A DNA stretch of 59,101 bases from an uncultured Caldisericota bacterium (GTDB lineage: Bacteria; Caldisericota; Caldisericia; UBA6126), in assembly GCA_964583965.1 (NCBI GenBank), contig CAZOYI010000091.1:1-59101 (forward strand), read 5' to 3'. Positions within the stretch are counted from its first letter, which is position 1; each line of letters opens with the position of its first letter. The translations under genes were made by a program, and so were the position numbers. Under the pieces are notes generated by a model. The model did no database searches and was not told where the DNA came from. It saw nothing but the letters and a program-made list of their open reading frames with translations. Positions 35,882 to 44,747 of this stretch are shown piece by piece.

Positions 35882-37218
35882 CGTTCACTCCTCTTTCGTT
35901 TTATCTCCTGTTTTGTGACTCGAATGTAGTTCAATATTGGAATTCTTGCAGGGCAGTTATATGTGCACAGACCGCATTCAATGCAAGAGGCTACATAGTA
36001 ACGATTTGCTTGAGAATAGTTATTTCTCTTTGCAAGTTCAACAAAACGATAGGGCATGAGTCCGCTTGGACAATTTTGAATGCATCTTCCGCACCGGATA
36101 CACGATGATTCATTTAAGGGTTCCAAATGGCTAAGAAAAATAACGCCTGATGTTCCTTTTAGGACTGGGACATCCTGTGAGCGTTGATTAATACCCATCA
36201 TAGGTCCACCAAAAACAAGTTCTTTGGGTTCTTCAATAAATCCACCACAAAATTCAACAATATCAGACAAAAGAGTACCAATAGGTGCACGTATGTTCTT
36301 AGGTTCTTTAAGACAATCACCACTGGCTGTAAAAACGCGATGTATTAGTGGCGTACCCTTTCGGAAAGCATTAGAAATTGCAATCAACGTACCAACATTT
36401 TGAACAATGCAACCAACTGCAAAAGGAAGTTTACCCATGGGTACAATTCTCTTTGTAAGAGCATTGATTAGGCTTTTTTCAGCTCCTTGAGGGTATTTTT
36501 TTTCTAATGATACTACCTGAACGGAGGGTTCCATTGGATGATCTTTGATATATTGCAAAAGATGCTGGATAGCATTCATCTTGTTACATTCTATTCCGAT
36601 AAGGATTTCTTTAAAGTGTAGAAACGACTGAACGATTTGTATTCCATCAAACAACTCTTTTGTGTTCTCTAACATGAGTCTATGATCACAAGTTAAATAT
36701 GGTTCGCATTCTGCACCATTAATAATATATGTGTCAACGGTGACATTGGGTGGTGGGTTGAGCTTTAAGTGAGTTGGGAATGTAGCTCCACCCATGCCTA
36801 CAATACCAGATTCCTGAATAAATGAAACAAATGCTTCTAGGTCATGTTGTCGTTCAAAATCAGGAAGATTCGCCGTAGATAAAGGACTATAATGAAAGTC
36901 ATTTTCTATGTGGATTGCTATTCCTAGACCCGTAATGGGGTGTGGGTATTCTTTGATGTCTTTTACGGTACCTGATACTGAAGCATGGATGTTTGAAGAA
37001 AAATCACCTTGTGCTTTGGCAATTAGTTGACCAACAAGAACTTCTTGACCTATTTCTACAACTGGTTCAGCGGGAATACCTACGTGTTGTGAAAGAGGAA
37101 ATAATAAGTCTTTCCCAGGGTTCATGTCAATAATAGGTAAATCTTCTGTTTGGTTTTTGTGTCCGGGGACATGCATTCCTCCGGGCTGAAATGTTCTAAT
37201 TTTCATGTTTATTGACAT
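35878..37218 (-). CDS. rnfC: Rnf complex subunit C
   Basis: FQPGGMHVPGHK N-terminus, GMGGATFPTHLK, NGAECEPYLTCDHRLM, and two clusters (CIRCGRCIQNCP, CIECGLCTYNCP). An alternative start exists at ATG 37206. Confidence 0.93.
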   Translation of the reverse strand: MSINMKIRTFQPGGMHVPGHKNQTEDLPIIDMNPGKDLLFPLSQHVGIPAEPVVEIGQEVLVGQLIAKAQGDFSSNIHASVSGTVKDIKEYPHPITGLGIAIHIENDFHYSPLSTANLPDFERQHDLEAFVSFIQESGIVGMGGATFPTHLKLNPPPNVTVDTYIINGAECEPYLTCDHRLMLENTKELFDGIQIVQSFLHFKEILIGIECNKMNAIQHLLQYIKDHPMEPSVQVVSLEKKYPQGAEKSLINALTKRIVPMGKLPFAVGCIVQNVGTLIAISNAFRKGTPLIHRVFTASGDCLKEPKNIRAPIGTLLSDIVEFCGGFIEEPKELVFGGPMMGINQRSQDVPVLKGTSGVIFLSHLEPLNESSCIRCGRCIQNCPSGLMPYRFVELAKRNNYSQANRYYVASCIECGLCTYNCPARIPILNYIRVTKQEIKRKRSER

Positions 37219-37702
37219 CCTTTTCTTTGTGTTCGCAATATGGACAAACCATCCAGCTAATTTCGATCAATCTTTTGCAATGAGGACATTCTTTTCGAAG
37301 TTTTGTAAAGCAATTTGGGCAAATGGTGAAATCCTTTTCAATGGGTAATCCACAAACAGGACATATATTCCCAGCTTTACTTAATTCATATTCATAGTAT
37401 TTTTTTGTTAAATCACGGAGTCGTTGATCAGTTTCGATCGTAGAAATTTCATCTTGTGTAAATTCTGGTCGAATGATTGAATAAACAATCCACAAAAAAA
37501 TGGAAATCAAGAGCCATTCAATATTTCCTGTACCAATAAAAGCATTCACAAGAAATGGTCCAAAAGTGATTCCTAAAACAATAGATGGGACAATCCACTT
37601 ATTTTGATATCTGCGAAAAGAATCAAAGACAATCCAGAGAGTTATTACAATGGCCACGGCTACAATTAAAAAGATTATCCACATTTCAGTATTAAAGGAC
37701 AT
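37196..37702 (-). CDS. Membrane protein with cytoplasmic double zinc-ribbon
   Basis: 168 aa. Three hydrophobic helices at the N-terminus, then CPVCGLPIEKDFTICPNCFTKLRKECPHCKRLIEISWMVCPYCEH (four CxxC pairs). The 3' end overlaps the rnfC start. Confidence 0.6.
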   Translation of the reverse strand: MSFNTEMWIIFLIVAVAIVITLWIVFDSFRRYQNKWIVPSIVLGITFGPFLVNAFIGTGNIEWLLISIFLWIVYSIIRPEFTQDEISTIETDQRLRDLTKKYYEYELSKAGNICPVCGLPIEKDFTICPNCFTKLRKECPHCKRLIEISWMVCPYCEHKEKDVNKHEN

Positions 37703-37711
37703 ATTACCTCC

Positions 37712-39007
37712 TTATGATGAAGTCAAAAAAAGAGTACGAAAAAAACTAGTAAGTATTAGTGAACCCGTAATAAGAACTGGTTGTTGACTAGATTGAATGG
37801 TATCAAGAAACGAAGTGGATTCTGAAGAATAGTAGCAATGGATAGGTCTAGAGAAATGAAAACTCTCAACAATTTCACAAAGCACCTCCAAGGGAGTAGA
37901 GTGCATTTCGGGTATATCAGTAAAAATAAATGAAGATGCTATTTCGAGCAATGGTTTGATGAGTAATTGAGCATTTTTGTTGTGTTTGCATCCAAAAATA
38001 ATCGGTATTTTTTGGTTGGGATATCTTTCTTTGATGGTTTTAGAAACAAAATCGCATGAATGAAATGTATGAGCTCCATCAAGAATCCAAGTAATGTTGT
38101 TTTTTTTGATGGTTTCAAAACGACAAGGGATAGAAATCTTGGATAAAGAATCACGAAAATTTTTTTCATTAACAATAAAACCGCTCTTGGTTAACAATTC
38201 CGAAGCAATGATAGCTACGGAGGCATTACCAACTTGATGACTACCCAATGTTTTGCAATGAATATCTCGATACGTGTTGCCTGTAATACCACTGTTTAGA
38301 GTAAAAGTCTCGAAAGGGTCGGTAAATCGACTTGTTCGTTGAATATAGGAATGTTGATCCATTGAATATAACTTCACACCTTTTCGTGAAGCTTGTTCCT
38401 GAATCACAAGAGCGGCCTCTAATGTTTGCTTGGCCATTAAAACAGATGTATGAGAACGAATAATTCCTGCTTTTTCTTTAGCAATTTGTTCAACGGTAGT
38501 TCCGAGTTTGGCAGTGTGTTCGAGTTCAATGAAAGTAATGATAGAAAGACTAGGATCAGGAATAGCTGTTGTGGCATCTAGGCGACCCCCAAGACCTGTT
38601 TCGATAAAAGCAATATCAATATTGTTTTTTTTATAGGCCATAACGGCGAGAAGAGTCATTGTTTCGAAAAAAGTGAGTTCGTCAAAAAGATGTGGCGGAA
38701 GGATTTGTTGGAGAGTTTCGAAAAGTTCGTTAAAAAACATGGATTCAATAGGTTCATTTTGTATCGTGATTCGTTCTCGAATGGAATGAATATGAGGAGA
38801 AACAAATAGACCAGTTTTATATCCTGATTGTTGATAAATTGAAGCAAGTATTGAACTTACAGATCCTTTTCCTTTGGAACCAGCAACTTGAACCCAAGAA
38901 AAAGGTAAAATATCTGCGTCAATATAACTCAGAGCTGATTTAATGCGATCCAGGGTTGGAGTTTCATGAAAACGTGGCAATCGAATAATGATTTCTTCTG
39001 CCAACAT
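37712..39007 (-). CDS. folC: Folylpolyglutamate synthase / dihydrofolate synthase
   Basis: Mur-ligase P-loop VAGSKGKGSVSS, ETGLGGRLDAT and LDGAHT motifs. Starts 1 nt after valS (valS-folC synteny as in Bacillus). Confidence 0.88.
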   Translation of the reverse strand: MLAEEIIIRLPRFHETPTLDRIKSALSYIDADILPFSWVQVAGSKGKGSVSSILASIYQQSGYKTGLFVSPHIHSIRERITIQNEPIESMFFNELFETLQQILPPHLFDELTFFETMTLLAVMAYKKNNIDIAFIETGLGGRLDATTAIPDPSLSIITFIELEHTAKLGTTVEQIAKEKAGIIRSHTSVLMAKQTLEAALVIQEQASRKGVKLYSMDQHSYIQRTSRFTDPFETFTLNSGITGNTYRDIHCKTLGSHQVGNASVAIIASELLTKSGFIVNEKNFRDSLSKISIPCRFETIKKNNITWILDGAHTFHSCDFVSKTIKERYPNQKIPIIFGCKHNKNAQLLIKPLLEIASSFIFTDIPEMHSTPLEVLCEIVESFHFSRPIHCYYSSESTSFLDTIQSSQQPVLITGSLILTSFFRTLFLTSS

Positions 39008-39008
39008 G

Positions 39009-41630
39009 TTATTTTCCTAATAAGTCTTCAATGCGCAGTGAAATAGCCTGCTTTTGTTGTGAAAACTCTTCAAAATTGGATCGAACTTCTTGAATCAAAT
39101 TTTCTGATGCATGTTTCATGAAATTTTCATTGGATAATTTTTGTTGTAGTCTTTCGAGTTCTTTCTCAATTTTCTGAATTCGCTGTTTCTTGTTTTGAAT
39201 TTCACTATCAATGTCTAAAAGGTCTTTTGAAAAAAATACAGTTGTGGATGAATCAACTACGGTTGCAATTAAGTTAGAGCTTGAATGTTCTTCGTAAAAT
39301 ATCTCTTCTACTTTGGCCAGATCTGAAATAGTACGAATGTTTTTTTCAATAGTCTCCTTGAAAGAAGCATCTTTAGTTTGAATACTTGCTCGAATACCAG
39401 AAGGTTTAGAAAGATGGAATTCTGCTTTCGTATTTCGAATCACCCTAATTAGGTCTTGAAGCCTTTGAACAACCAAAGATGTACTGTTGAGAATGGTCTC
39501 CGACATTTCAAATGTTGAGGGCCACTTGCTATACATGATTGAAGCATTAACGTTTTCTTCCATTAATAACCATAAAGCTTCTGTTACAAATGGTGTAATA
39601 GGATGCATCATCTGTAGGGATTTGGAAAAGATATTACGCAAAAGTGATGGATTCGAGTTTGTTTTGGATATTTCGATATACCAATCGCAGAAATCATGCC
39701 AAAAAAAAGCATATACAGATTGGGCTGCATCATTAAAACTATAGGTTTCAATGCTGTTTTTCACCGATGTTACGGTTTCATTGTAGCGGTGGATTATCCA
39801 TTGATCCCAAATTGAAAGAGTAGATAAATCCATTGTGTATGATGAAAAGCAATTGGTATTCTCTAGCACATAGTGTCCAGCATTCCAAATTTTATTCATA
39901 AAATTTCGTGAAGTCTTGTTTTTTTGGATATCAAAACGAATATCCTGACCAGCGGAGTTACTATATGAAGTAACGGTATAACGTAGAGCATCAGCGCCGT
40001 ATTCTTGAATCAGAGAAGTAGGATCCACTGCATTAGAAGAGGATTTACTCATTTTTTTACCTTGGTTATCAAGGATCAATCCATGGTAATAGACTTTTTC
40101 AAAAGGAATTGCATTCACAAAATGAAGAGAAGAGAAGATCATTCGAGAGACCCAAAAAAAGATAATGTCAAAGCCTGTAACCATCAAACTAGAAGGATAA
40201 TAACGATGAAGCAATTCTGAGTCTTCTGGCCATCCCATGCAGGCAAATGGCCACAGTGCAGAACCAAACCAAGTATCCAATACATCTTCTTCTTGACGTA
40301 AATGATAGGAAGTACATTCCGGACAGTTTTTTGGAGGTGTTTCAGAGACGATCATTTCACCACAGTTGTCGCAATACCATACAGGAATACGTATCCCCCA
40401 CCATATTTGTCGAGATATACACCAATCCATGATGTTTTCCATCCAGTCTTGGTATACCTTTTTCCAACGATTTGGAATGAATTGAATATCACCTTGTTGA
40501 ACAGATTTTAAACCTTTATCTGCTAAAGATTTTGTTCGAAGATACCATTGGTCAGAAATGATAGGTTCAAGTATATGTTTACATCGATCACAATGACCAA
40601 CAGAATGAGTAAATGGTTCTACATGAATCAAATACCCTTGTTCCTGTAAGTCATTCTTTATTTTTTCTCTTGCATCTTGCAAAGATAGACCTTTGTATAT
40701 ACCAGCATGTTCGTTCATTTCTTTTCCATGATCAATTACACTGATAAAATCTAAATTGTGTTTAATACCTAAATTGAAATCATTGGGATCATGACTTGGA
40801 GTGACTTTTAATGCACCGGAACCAAAGTCTTTATCTACATATTCATCTGTAATGATTGGAATCTTCCGATTCACAAGAGGAAGGATGGCAAATTTACCGT
40901 GATACTTCTTATATCTAGGATCATCCGGGTGAACAGCAATAGCAGTATCCCCTAACATGGTTTCAACTCGTGTTGTAGCGATAGTAATGTATTCAGTAGA
41001 GTTTTCAATGTAGTATTTTAATGTTACCAACTCTCCCTTGATATTTTGATGATCAACTTCAATGTCAGATAAAGCAGTTTTGCAACGAGGGCAATACTGC
41101 ACCATTCGTTTGCCCCGATAAATCAATCCTTGTTCGAAGTAAGTTACGAAGGCTTTTATGACAGCTTTTTCGTATTCTTCATCTTTGGTAAATCGTAGTT
41201 TTGTCCAATCAGCTGAAGTACCTAGCAGTTTCATCTGCTCAATAATTTTGTTACCGTAAACAGATTTCCATTCCAAGACTTTTTCAATGAAAGCTTCGCG
41301 TCCAATATCCTCTTTCAAGATTCCTTGTTTTTTTAGAAAAGCTTCTACTTTGTTGTCTGTAGCTAAACCAGCTTGATCTGTGCCAGGGAACCAGCACACA
41401 GAATAACCATTCATTCGTTTGAATCGGCAAATTATATCAGGGAGAGTTAAGTCTAGCGCATGACCAAGATGGAGTGCACCTGTGATATTGGGTGGAGGCA
41501 TCGTGATGCTGAAAACACGGTCACTTGTTGTATCGGCAGGCTGAAACAAGTGGTTCGATTCCCAATATTCATATATTTGAGGTTCAATTTCATCGGCAGA
41601 ATAAGCTCCTTTGGTATACTTTAACATCAA
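39009..41630 (-). CDS. valS: Valine--tRNA ligase
   Basis: PPPNITGALHLGHA (HIGH), KMSKSSSN (KMSKS), editing-domain blocks, and a C-terminal coiled coil. 873 aa. Confidence 0.97.
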   Translation of the reverse strand: MMLKYTKGAYSADEIEPQIYEYWESNHLFQPADTTSDRVFSITMPPPNITGALHLGHALDLTLPDIICRFKRMNGYSVCWFPGTDQAGLATDNKVEAFLKKQGILKEDIGREAFIEKVLEWKSVYGNKIIEQMKLLGTSADWTKLRFTKDEEYEKAVIKAFVTYFEQGLIYRGKRMVQYCPRCKTALSDIEVDHQNIKGELVTLKYYIENSTEYITIATTRVETMLGDTAIAVHPDDPRYKKYHGKFAILPLVNRKIPIITDEYVDKDFGSGALKVTPSHDPNDFNLGIKHNLDFISVIDHGKEMNEHAGIYKGLSLQDAREKIKNDLQEQGYLIHVEPFTHSVGHCDRCKHILEPIISDQWYLRTKSLADKGLKSVQQGDIQFIPNRWKKVYQDWMENIMDWCISRQIWWGIRIPVWYCDNCGEMIVSETPPKNCPECTSYHLRQEEDVLDTWFGSALWPFACMGWPEDSELLHRYYPSSLMVTGFDIIFFWVSRMIFSSLHFVNAIPFEKVYYHGLILDNQGKKMSKSSSNAVDPTSLIQEYGADALRYTVTSYSNSAGQDIRFDIQKNKTSRNFMNKIWNAGHYVLENTNCFSSYTMDLSTLSIWDQWIIHRYNETVTSVKNSIETYSFNDAAQSVYAFFWHDFCDWYIEISKTNSNPSLLRNIFSKSLQMMHPITPFVTEALWLLMEENVNASIMYSKWPSTFEMSETILNSTSLVVQRLQDLIRVIRNTKAEFHLSKPSGIRASIQTKDASFKETIEKNIRTISDLAKVEEIFYEEHSSSNLIATVVDSSTTVFFSKDLLDIDSEIQNKKQRIQKIEKELERLQQKLSNENFMKHASENLIQEVRSNFEEFSQQKQAISLRIEDLLGK

Positions 41631-41636
41631 ATACTC

Positions 41637-42578
41637 CTACATTGCCGCATTTAAGATTTCATGATGAATATGGTTCGCAGCAATTGCTCCATCATTCATT
41701 GCGGTAACAATTTGTCGAAGTGACTTAGAGAGAATGTCTCCCACGGCATATAGACCAAGTGTTTTTGTTTCTTTTTCAGCATTTGCTCTAATATATCCTT
41801 TTTCATCAACATTTATAATAGTCCTGCATATACCAGTATCAGGTATATAACCAGCAAATACAAAAACACCATCGACGGGAATTTTAAATGTTTGATCGGT
41901 TGTTACGTTTTTATATGTGATGGAGTGAACCATCTCATTTCCATGAATTTCAATTGGTATTGACGAATAATGAATTTGTATCGTCGGAATGTCTTGAATT
42001 TTCTTTACGAGGATGTCGAAACCACGAAAAGCATCTCTTCGGTGAAATAAATGAATGCTTTTTGCATAAGAACTTAAAAACAATGTTTCTGTTAACGCAG
42101 TGTCTCCACCACCAACAACAGCAATAGTCTTGTTTTTAAACAAAGGACCATCGCATGTCCCACATGTACTTACTCCTTTTCCAGTCCACTCTTTTTCGCC
42201 AGGGATATTCAACGGTCTATTTTTAGTTCCAATCCCACAAATAACGTAATTTGCAAGCAATGTTTCATTATTGTCTAGGCTAATTGTGAATAGGTTTTTA
42301 CCTTCATGTTTAATTTCTGTAACTTTTTGGTGGATAATGGGAATGTTTAAATCTTGTACATGCTGATGTAAAATGGAAGCAAATTCGAATCCGTTTATTC
42401 CTTTCGGAAAGCCCAAATAGTTCTCAATGATATGAGGGATCATTACTTGTCCTCCCAATATTGGATTTGGCTCTATGACAGTAACTTCATGAGAGAAACG
42501 GCGAAGATAGATTGCTGCAGCAACACCAGCAGGGCCGCCACCAACTACAAAAATGTTCTCATTTTGCATTTTGTTCAA
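41637..42578 (-). CDS. trxB: Thioredoxin-disulfide reductase
   Basis: VVGGGPAGVAAAIY FAD fold. Redox-active CGTCDG. VVGGGDTALTE plus HRRDAFRG NADPH site. YAVGD. Confidence 0.92.
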   Translation of the reverse strand: MNKMQNENIFVVGGGPAGVAAAIYLRRFSHEVTVIEPNPILGGQVMIPHIIENYLGFPKGINGFEFASILHQHVQDLNIPIIHQKVTEIKHEGKNLFTISLDNNETLLANYVICGIGTKNRPLNIPGEKEWTGKGVSTCGTCDGPLFKNKTIAVVGGGDTALTETLFLSSYAKSIHLFHRRDAFRGFDILVKKIQDIPTIQIHYSSIPIEIHGNEMVHSITYKNVTTDQTFKIPVDGVFVFAGYIPDTGICRTIINVDEKGYIRANAEKETKTLGLYAVGDILSKSLRQIVTAMNDGAIAANHIHHEILNAAM

Positions 42579-43068
42579 TCCTTTCTAGTAAAGAGTTTGC
42601 AATCGTAAAATGAGCAGTTTGACGATTTGGATCATATTGAAAAATGCCTTCAAAATGAACCTGGTCAGTTTGTATATAACCTCTATAATGTTCAATTTCC
42701 ATGTTCAAAGGAGAACTTGTATGAAATGGATCAATTTCATTTGAGCCAGTCTCAGTATTTTTTTTAAAAGGAATTTTACCGGTAATTTTGATTGTAGCAT
42801 TGGAAAATAATTCGTATAGAAAAGGGTATTGATCAGAGCACAAAAAATCAGTAGATCGATTGGGTAAAGGATCTTTCATCTGATCTGATGAAATGTGAAA
42901 CTGTTCAATTGTTCCACAAAGAATGATTTTCTGGTTATCCAGTAACGATTGCAAATTTTCTTCAATGGTTTGGAAATAGGGGCCTTGCTCAAATAGAGAA
43001 CAACTACATACACTGAAAAACATGAAAATTATAATCAAGAACTCAGCAATAGCTTTGTACGGAGTCAC
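42559..43068 (-). CDS. Hypothetical lipoprotein
   Basis: GTG start. Signal peptide with a Cys-containing lipobox-like end (FFSVCSC). 169 aa. No recognisable motifs. Confidence 0.5.
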   Translation of the reverse strand: MTPYKAIAEFLIIIFMFFSVCSCSLFEQGPYFQTIEENLQSLLDNQKIILCGTIEQFHISSDQMKDPLPNRSTDFLCSDQYPFLYELFSNATIKITGKIPFKKNTETGSNEIDPFHTSSPLNMEIEHYRGYIQTDQVHFEGIFQYDPNRQTAHFTIANSLLERIEQNAK

Positions 43069-43781
43069 TATGTGCCTTCGGAAGATTTAAAATTCCATTC
43101 AAATGAAAGCCCATCAACATATAGGAAATACTTCTCTAAATGAGATGGGATTAAACCGAGAAATCGGAGTGCAGCTACTTCATTCTTTTTTAAAAAAGTT
43201 GGATAATCGCATGTCATCAATGACTCAGAAATATATCGGTCAATGGGATACTGGTTACCATCTTCATCATAGAAATAGATAGGAATGTCTTCAAGCAATA
43301 CTTTTTTTCTAGTTCTGTTTTGTAAAGATAAAGAAACCATGGCAATATGATATTGAGGATCAACAGGTTTCATTTCAGCACTGTACCGATTTATCATGTA
43401 GGAAGCATTGGTTTTTTCAGGTAAGTCCGATAAATCTTCAGGTTCTTCAATAATGTAGGCCGTTTTTACGTTTGGTTTATCGATTAATAAATCGAGAGTA
43501 TTACCATCTCTGGTAATTTTGACGATTCTCATAGGATTTCCTTCAACTTGTAAATACGTAAAAGGAAATTTCCGAATATTAGTAATGGAAGTAGGTATCC
43601 TAAGAGAGGGGACAGAAACTATGTTTTGAAATACAACAGAGAGGTAGGATTCACTGTTTACCATTTCAGAAGCCTGATATGTTTTTGTTACATCACTAAT
43701 GTCAATTGGTGGAGAACAGCTTTGAAACAAAAACAGACTTAGAAAAAAAACAAATACCCAACAATAGTAAAAATTTTTCAT
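43068..43781 (-). CDS. Hypothetical lipoprotein (possible DUF4352-like Ig-fold)
   Basis: Lipobox (LFQSC). The C-terminal segment VSLSLQNRTRKKVLLEDIPIYFYDEDGNQYPI resembles the DUF4352 beta-sandwich pattern. Confidence 0.5.
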   Translation of the reverse strand: MKNFYYCWVFVFFLSLFLFQSCSPPIDISDVTKTYQASEMVNSESYLSVVFQNIVSVPSLRIPTSITNIRKFPFTYLQVEGNPMRIVKITRDGNTLDLLIDKPNVKTAYIIEEPEDLSDLPEKTNASYMINRYSAEMKPVDPQYHIAMVSLSLQNRTRKKVLLEDIPIYFYDEDGNQYPIDRYISESLMTCDYPTFLKKNEVAALRFLGLIPSHLEKYFLYVDGLSFEWNFKSSEGT

Positions 43782-43809
43782 AACTACCTCAGTTTGTGTT
43801 TTTTTAAAA

Positions 43810-44127
43810 CTAGTTAATCGTATCTTCGTCCACTTGATCGTAATCTGATATTTTTTCTTTAATATCCTTCTCTAGGGATTGAAATTTATGGCTTGCATTT
43901 TTCTCAATCTCTTTTACAAAATCTTTTCCCTTACGGATCATCTCATCGGTTTCTTTTTTGACTTTTTGAGAAAGGTTTTTTAAATTTGTTTGGATATCTT
44001 CGGTCGTTTCTATGAGTTTACGTCGAGTTTCTTCTCCTGTACTTGGAGCTAACAATATTCCAGCCAATGCACCAAGCAAGACGCCAAAAATTAGACCAAT
44101 ACCGAAATTGTTAGTTTGTTTTTCCAT
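43810..44127 (-). CDS. YtxH domain-containing protein
   Basis: GLIFGVLLGALAGILLAPSTGEETRRKL is the YtxH signature helix, followed by a charged coiled-coil tail. 105 aa. Confidence 0.85.
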   Translation of the reverse strand: MEKQTNNFGIGLIFGVLLGALAGILLAPSTGEETRRKLIETTEDIQTNLKNLSQKVKKETDEMIRKGKDFVKEIEKNASHKFQSLEKDIKEKISDYDQVDEDTIN

Positions 44128-44128
44128 G

Positions 44129-44491
44129 TTAAACTCCTTTTCTAGTTTTTTTAAACATTTGAATAAAATTAAAGAGAATAGTGCCGATTGTTACTACTTT
44201 ATTTGCTATGTCAGCCCATTTTTTTGTTTCGTGCTCAGTTTCTGGTGGAGGGATTATCCGACGGTTTAATTGCTCCAACGCCTTAGAAGCTTGATTTCCA
44301 ATATCATTTGATTTTTCTTTAAGAGTTTCAACTAGGGAATCAATGCTCTCTGTTAAACGGGTAACTCGATTTAACAATATTTTCCCAGCAACTAAATAAA
44401 AAAGTAATCGAATCAGAATTGCCGCTGCTATAACAATAATAGAAATCGCAACAACCCATACAATTAAATCTGGTAGTCTCATACGTGTCAC
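44129..44491 (-). CDS. DUF948-like membrane-anchored coiled-coil protein
   Basis: One N-terminal TM (LIVWVVAISIIVIAAAILI), then LNRVTRLTESIDSLVETLKEKSNDIGNQ. Paired with a YtxH gene, as in the Bacillus ytxGH pair. The track start is GTG at 44491. ATG at 44482 with AGGGTGA upstream is an alternative. Confidence 0.6.
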   Translation of the reverse strand: MTRMRLPDLIVWVVAISIIVIAAAILIRLLFYLVAGKILLNRVTRLTESIDSLVETLKEKSNDIGNQASKALEQLNRRIIPPPETEHETKKWADIANKVVTIGTILFNFIQMFKKTRKGV

Positions 44492-44518
44492 CCTGCTTTC
44501 TTTAAATTACCTATTTGT

Positions 44519-44527
44519 ATTATAGCA
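44519..44527 (-). promoter_or_regulatory. Extended -10 element (TGCTATAAT) for the 30-gene minus-strand array
   Basis: The plus strand reads ATTATAGCA at 44519-44527, which is TGCTATAAT on the minus strand. It lies about 28 nt upstream of the first start codon. No good -35 element is present. Confidence 0.4.
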
Positions 44528-44689
44528 AATTCTTTCTTGTTTCTACAGTTCCATATTTTTAACGAATTTCCATTAAGTTACAAAAAAGTAACAGATACAA
44601 ACCTGGCAAAATGAGTAATACAACCCACGGTAAGCAAATATACTAACGTTAAGAGCTTCTTTTTGGTAAAGAATAAACTTTTATATCCC

Positions 44690-44717
44690 TTGATCAAAGC
44701 AGCTTAACAGGTAAAAT
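44690..44717 (+). promoter_or_regulatory. Candidate sigma70-type promoter for the SLH-protein cluster
   Basis: TTGATC (44690-44695), a 16-nt spacer, then TAAAAT (44712-44717). GGAGG at 44738-44742 and GTG at 44748 follow. Confidence 0.4.
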
Positions 44718-44747
44718 TAAAGAAATTTGTAACTTTTGGAGGTATAT

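Noticed and set aside
41552-41562. GGTTCGATTCC, a near-perfect tRNA T-arm/T-loop consensus, on the plus strand.
   Set aside because: The flanking bases cannot form a T-stem (only 2 bp) or an acceptor stem. The segment is the reverse complement of valS codons (YWESNHLFQ) within a well-conserved N-terminus. It is a coincidence, not a tRNA.
41631-41636. I expected a T-box leader upstream of valS, as in many Firmicutes.
   Set aside because: Only 6 nt separate the trxB stop from the valS start, so there is no room for a roughly 200-nt leader. valS must be read through from upstream genes.
44577-44592. The inverted repeat GTTAC-A6-GTAAC in the 244-nt divergent control region, and an 11-codon mini-ORF (ATGAGTAATACA...TAA) nearby.
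   Set aside because: A 5-bp arm is within chance expectation. The mini-ORF has no RBS. I could find no structured-RNA signature (riboswitch or leader) in this gap.
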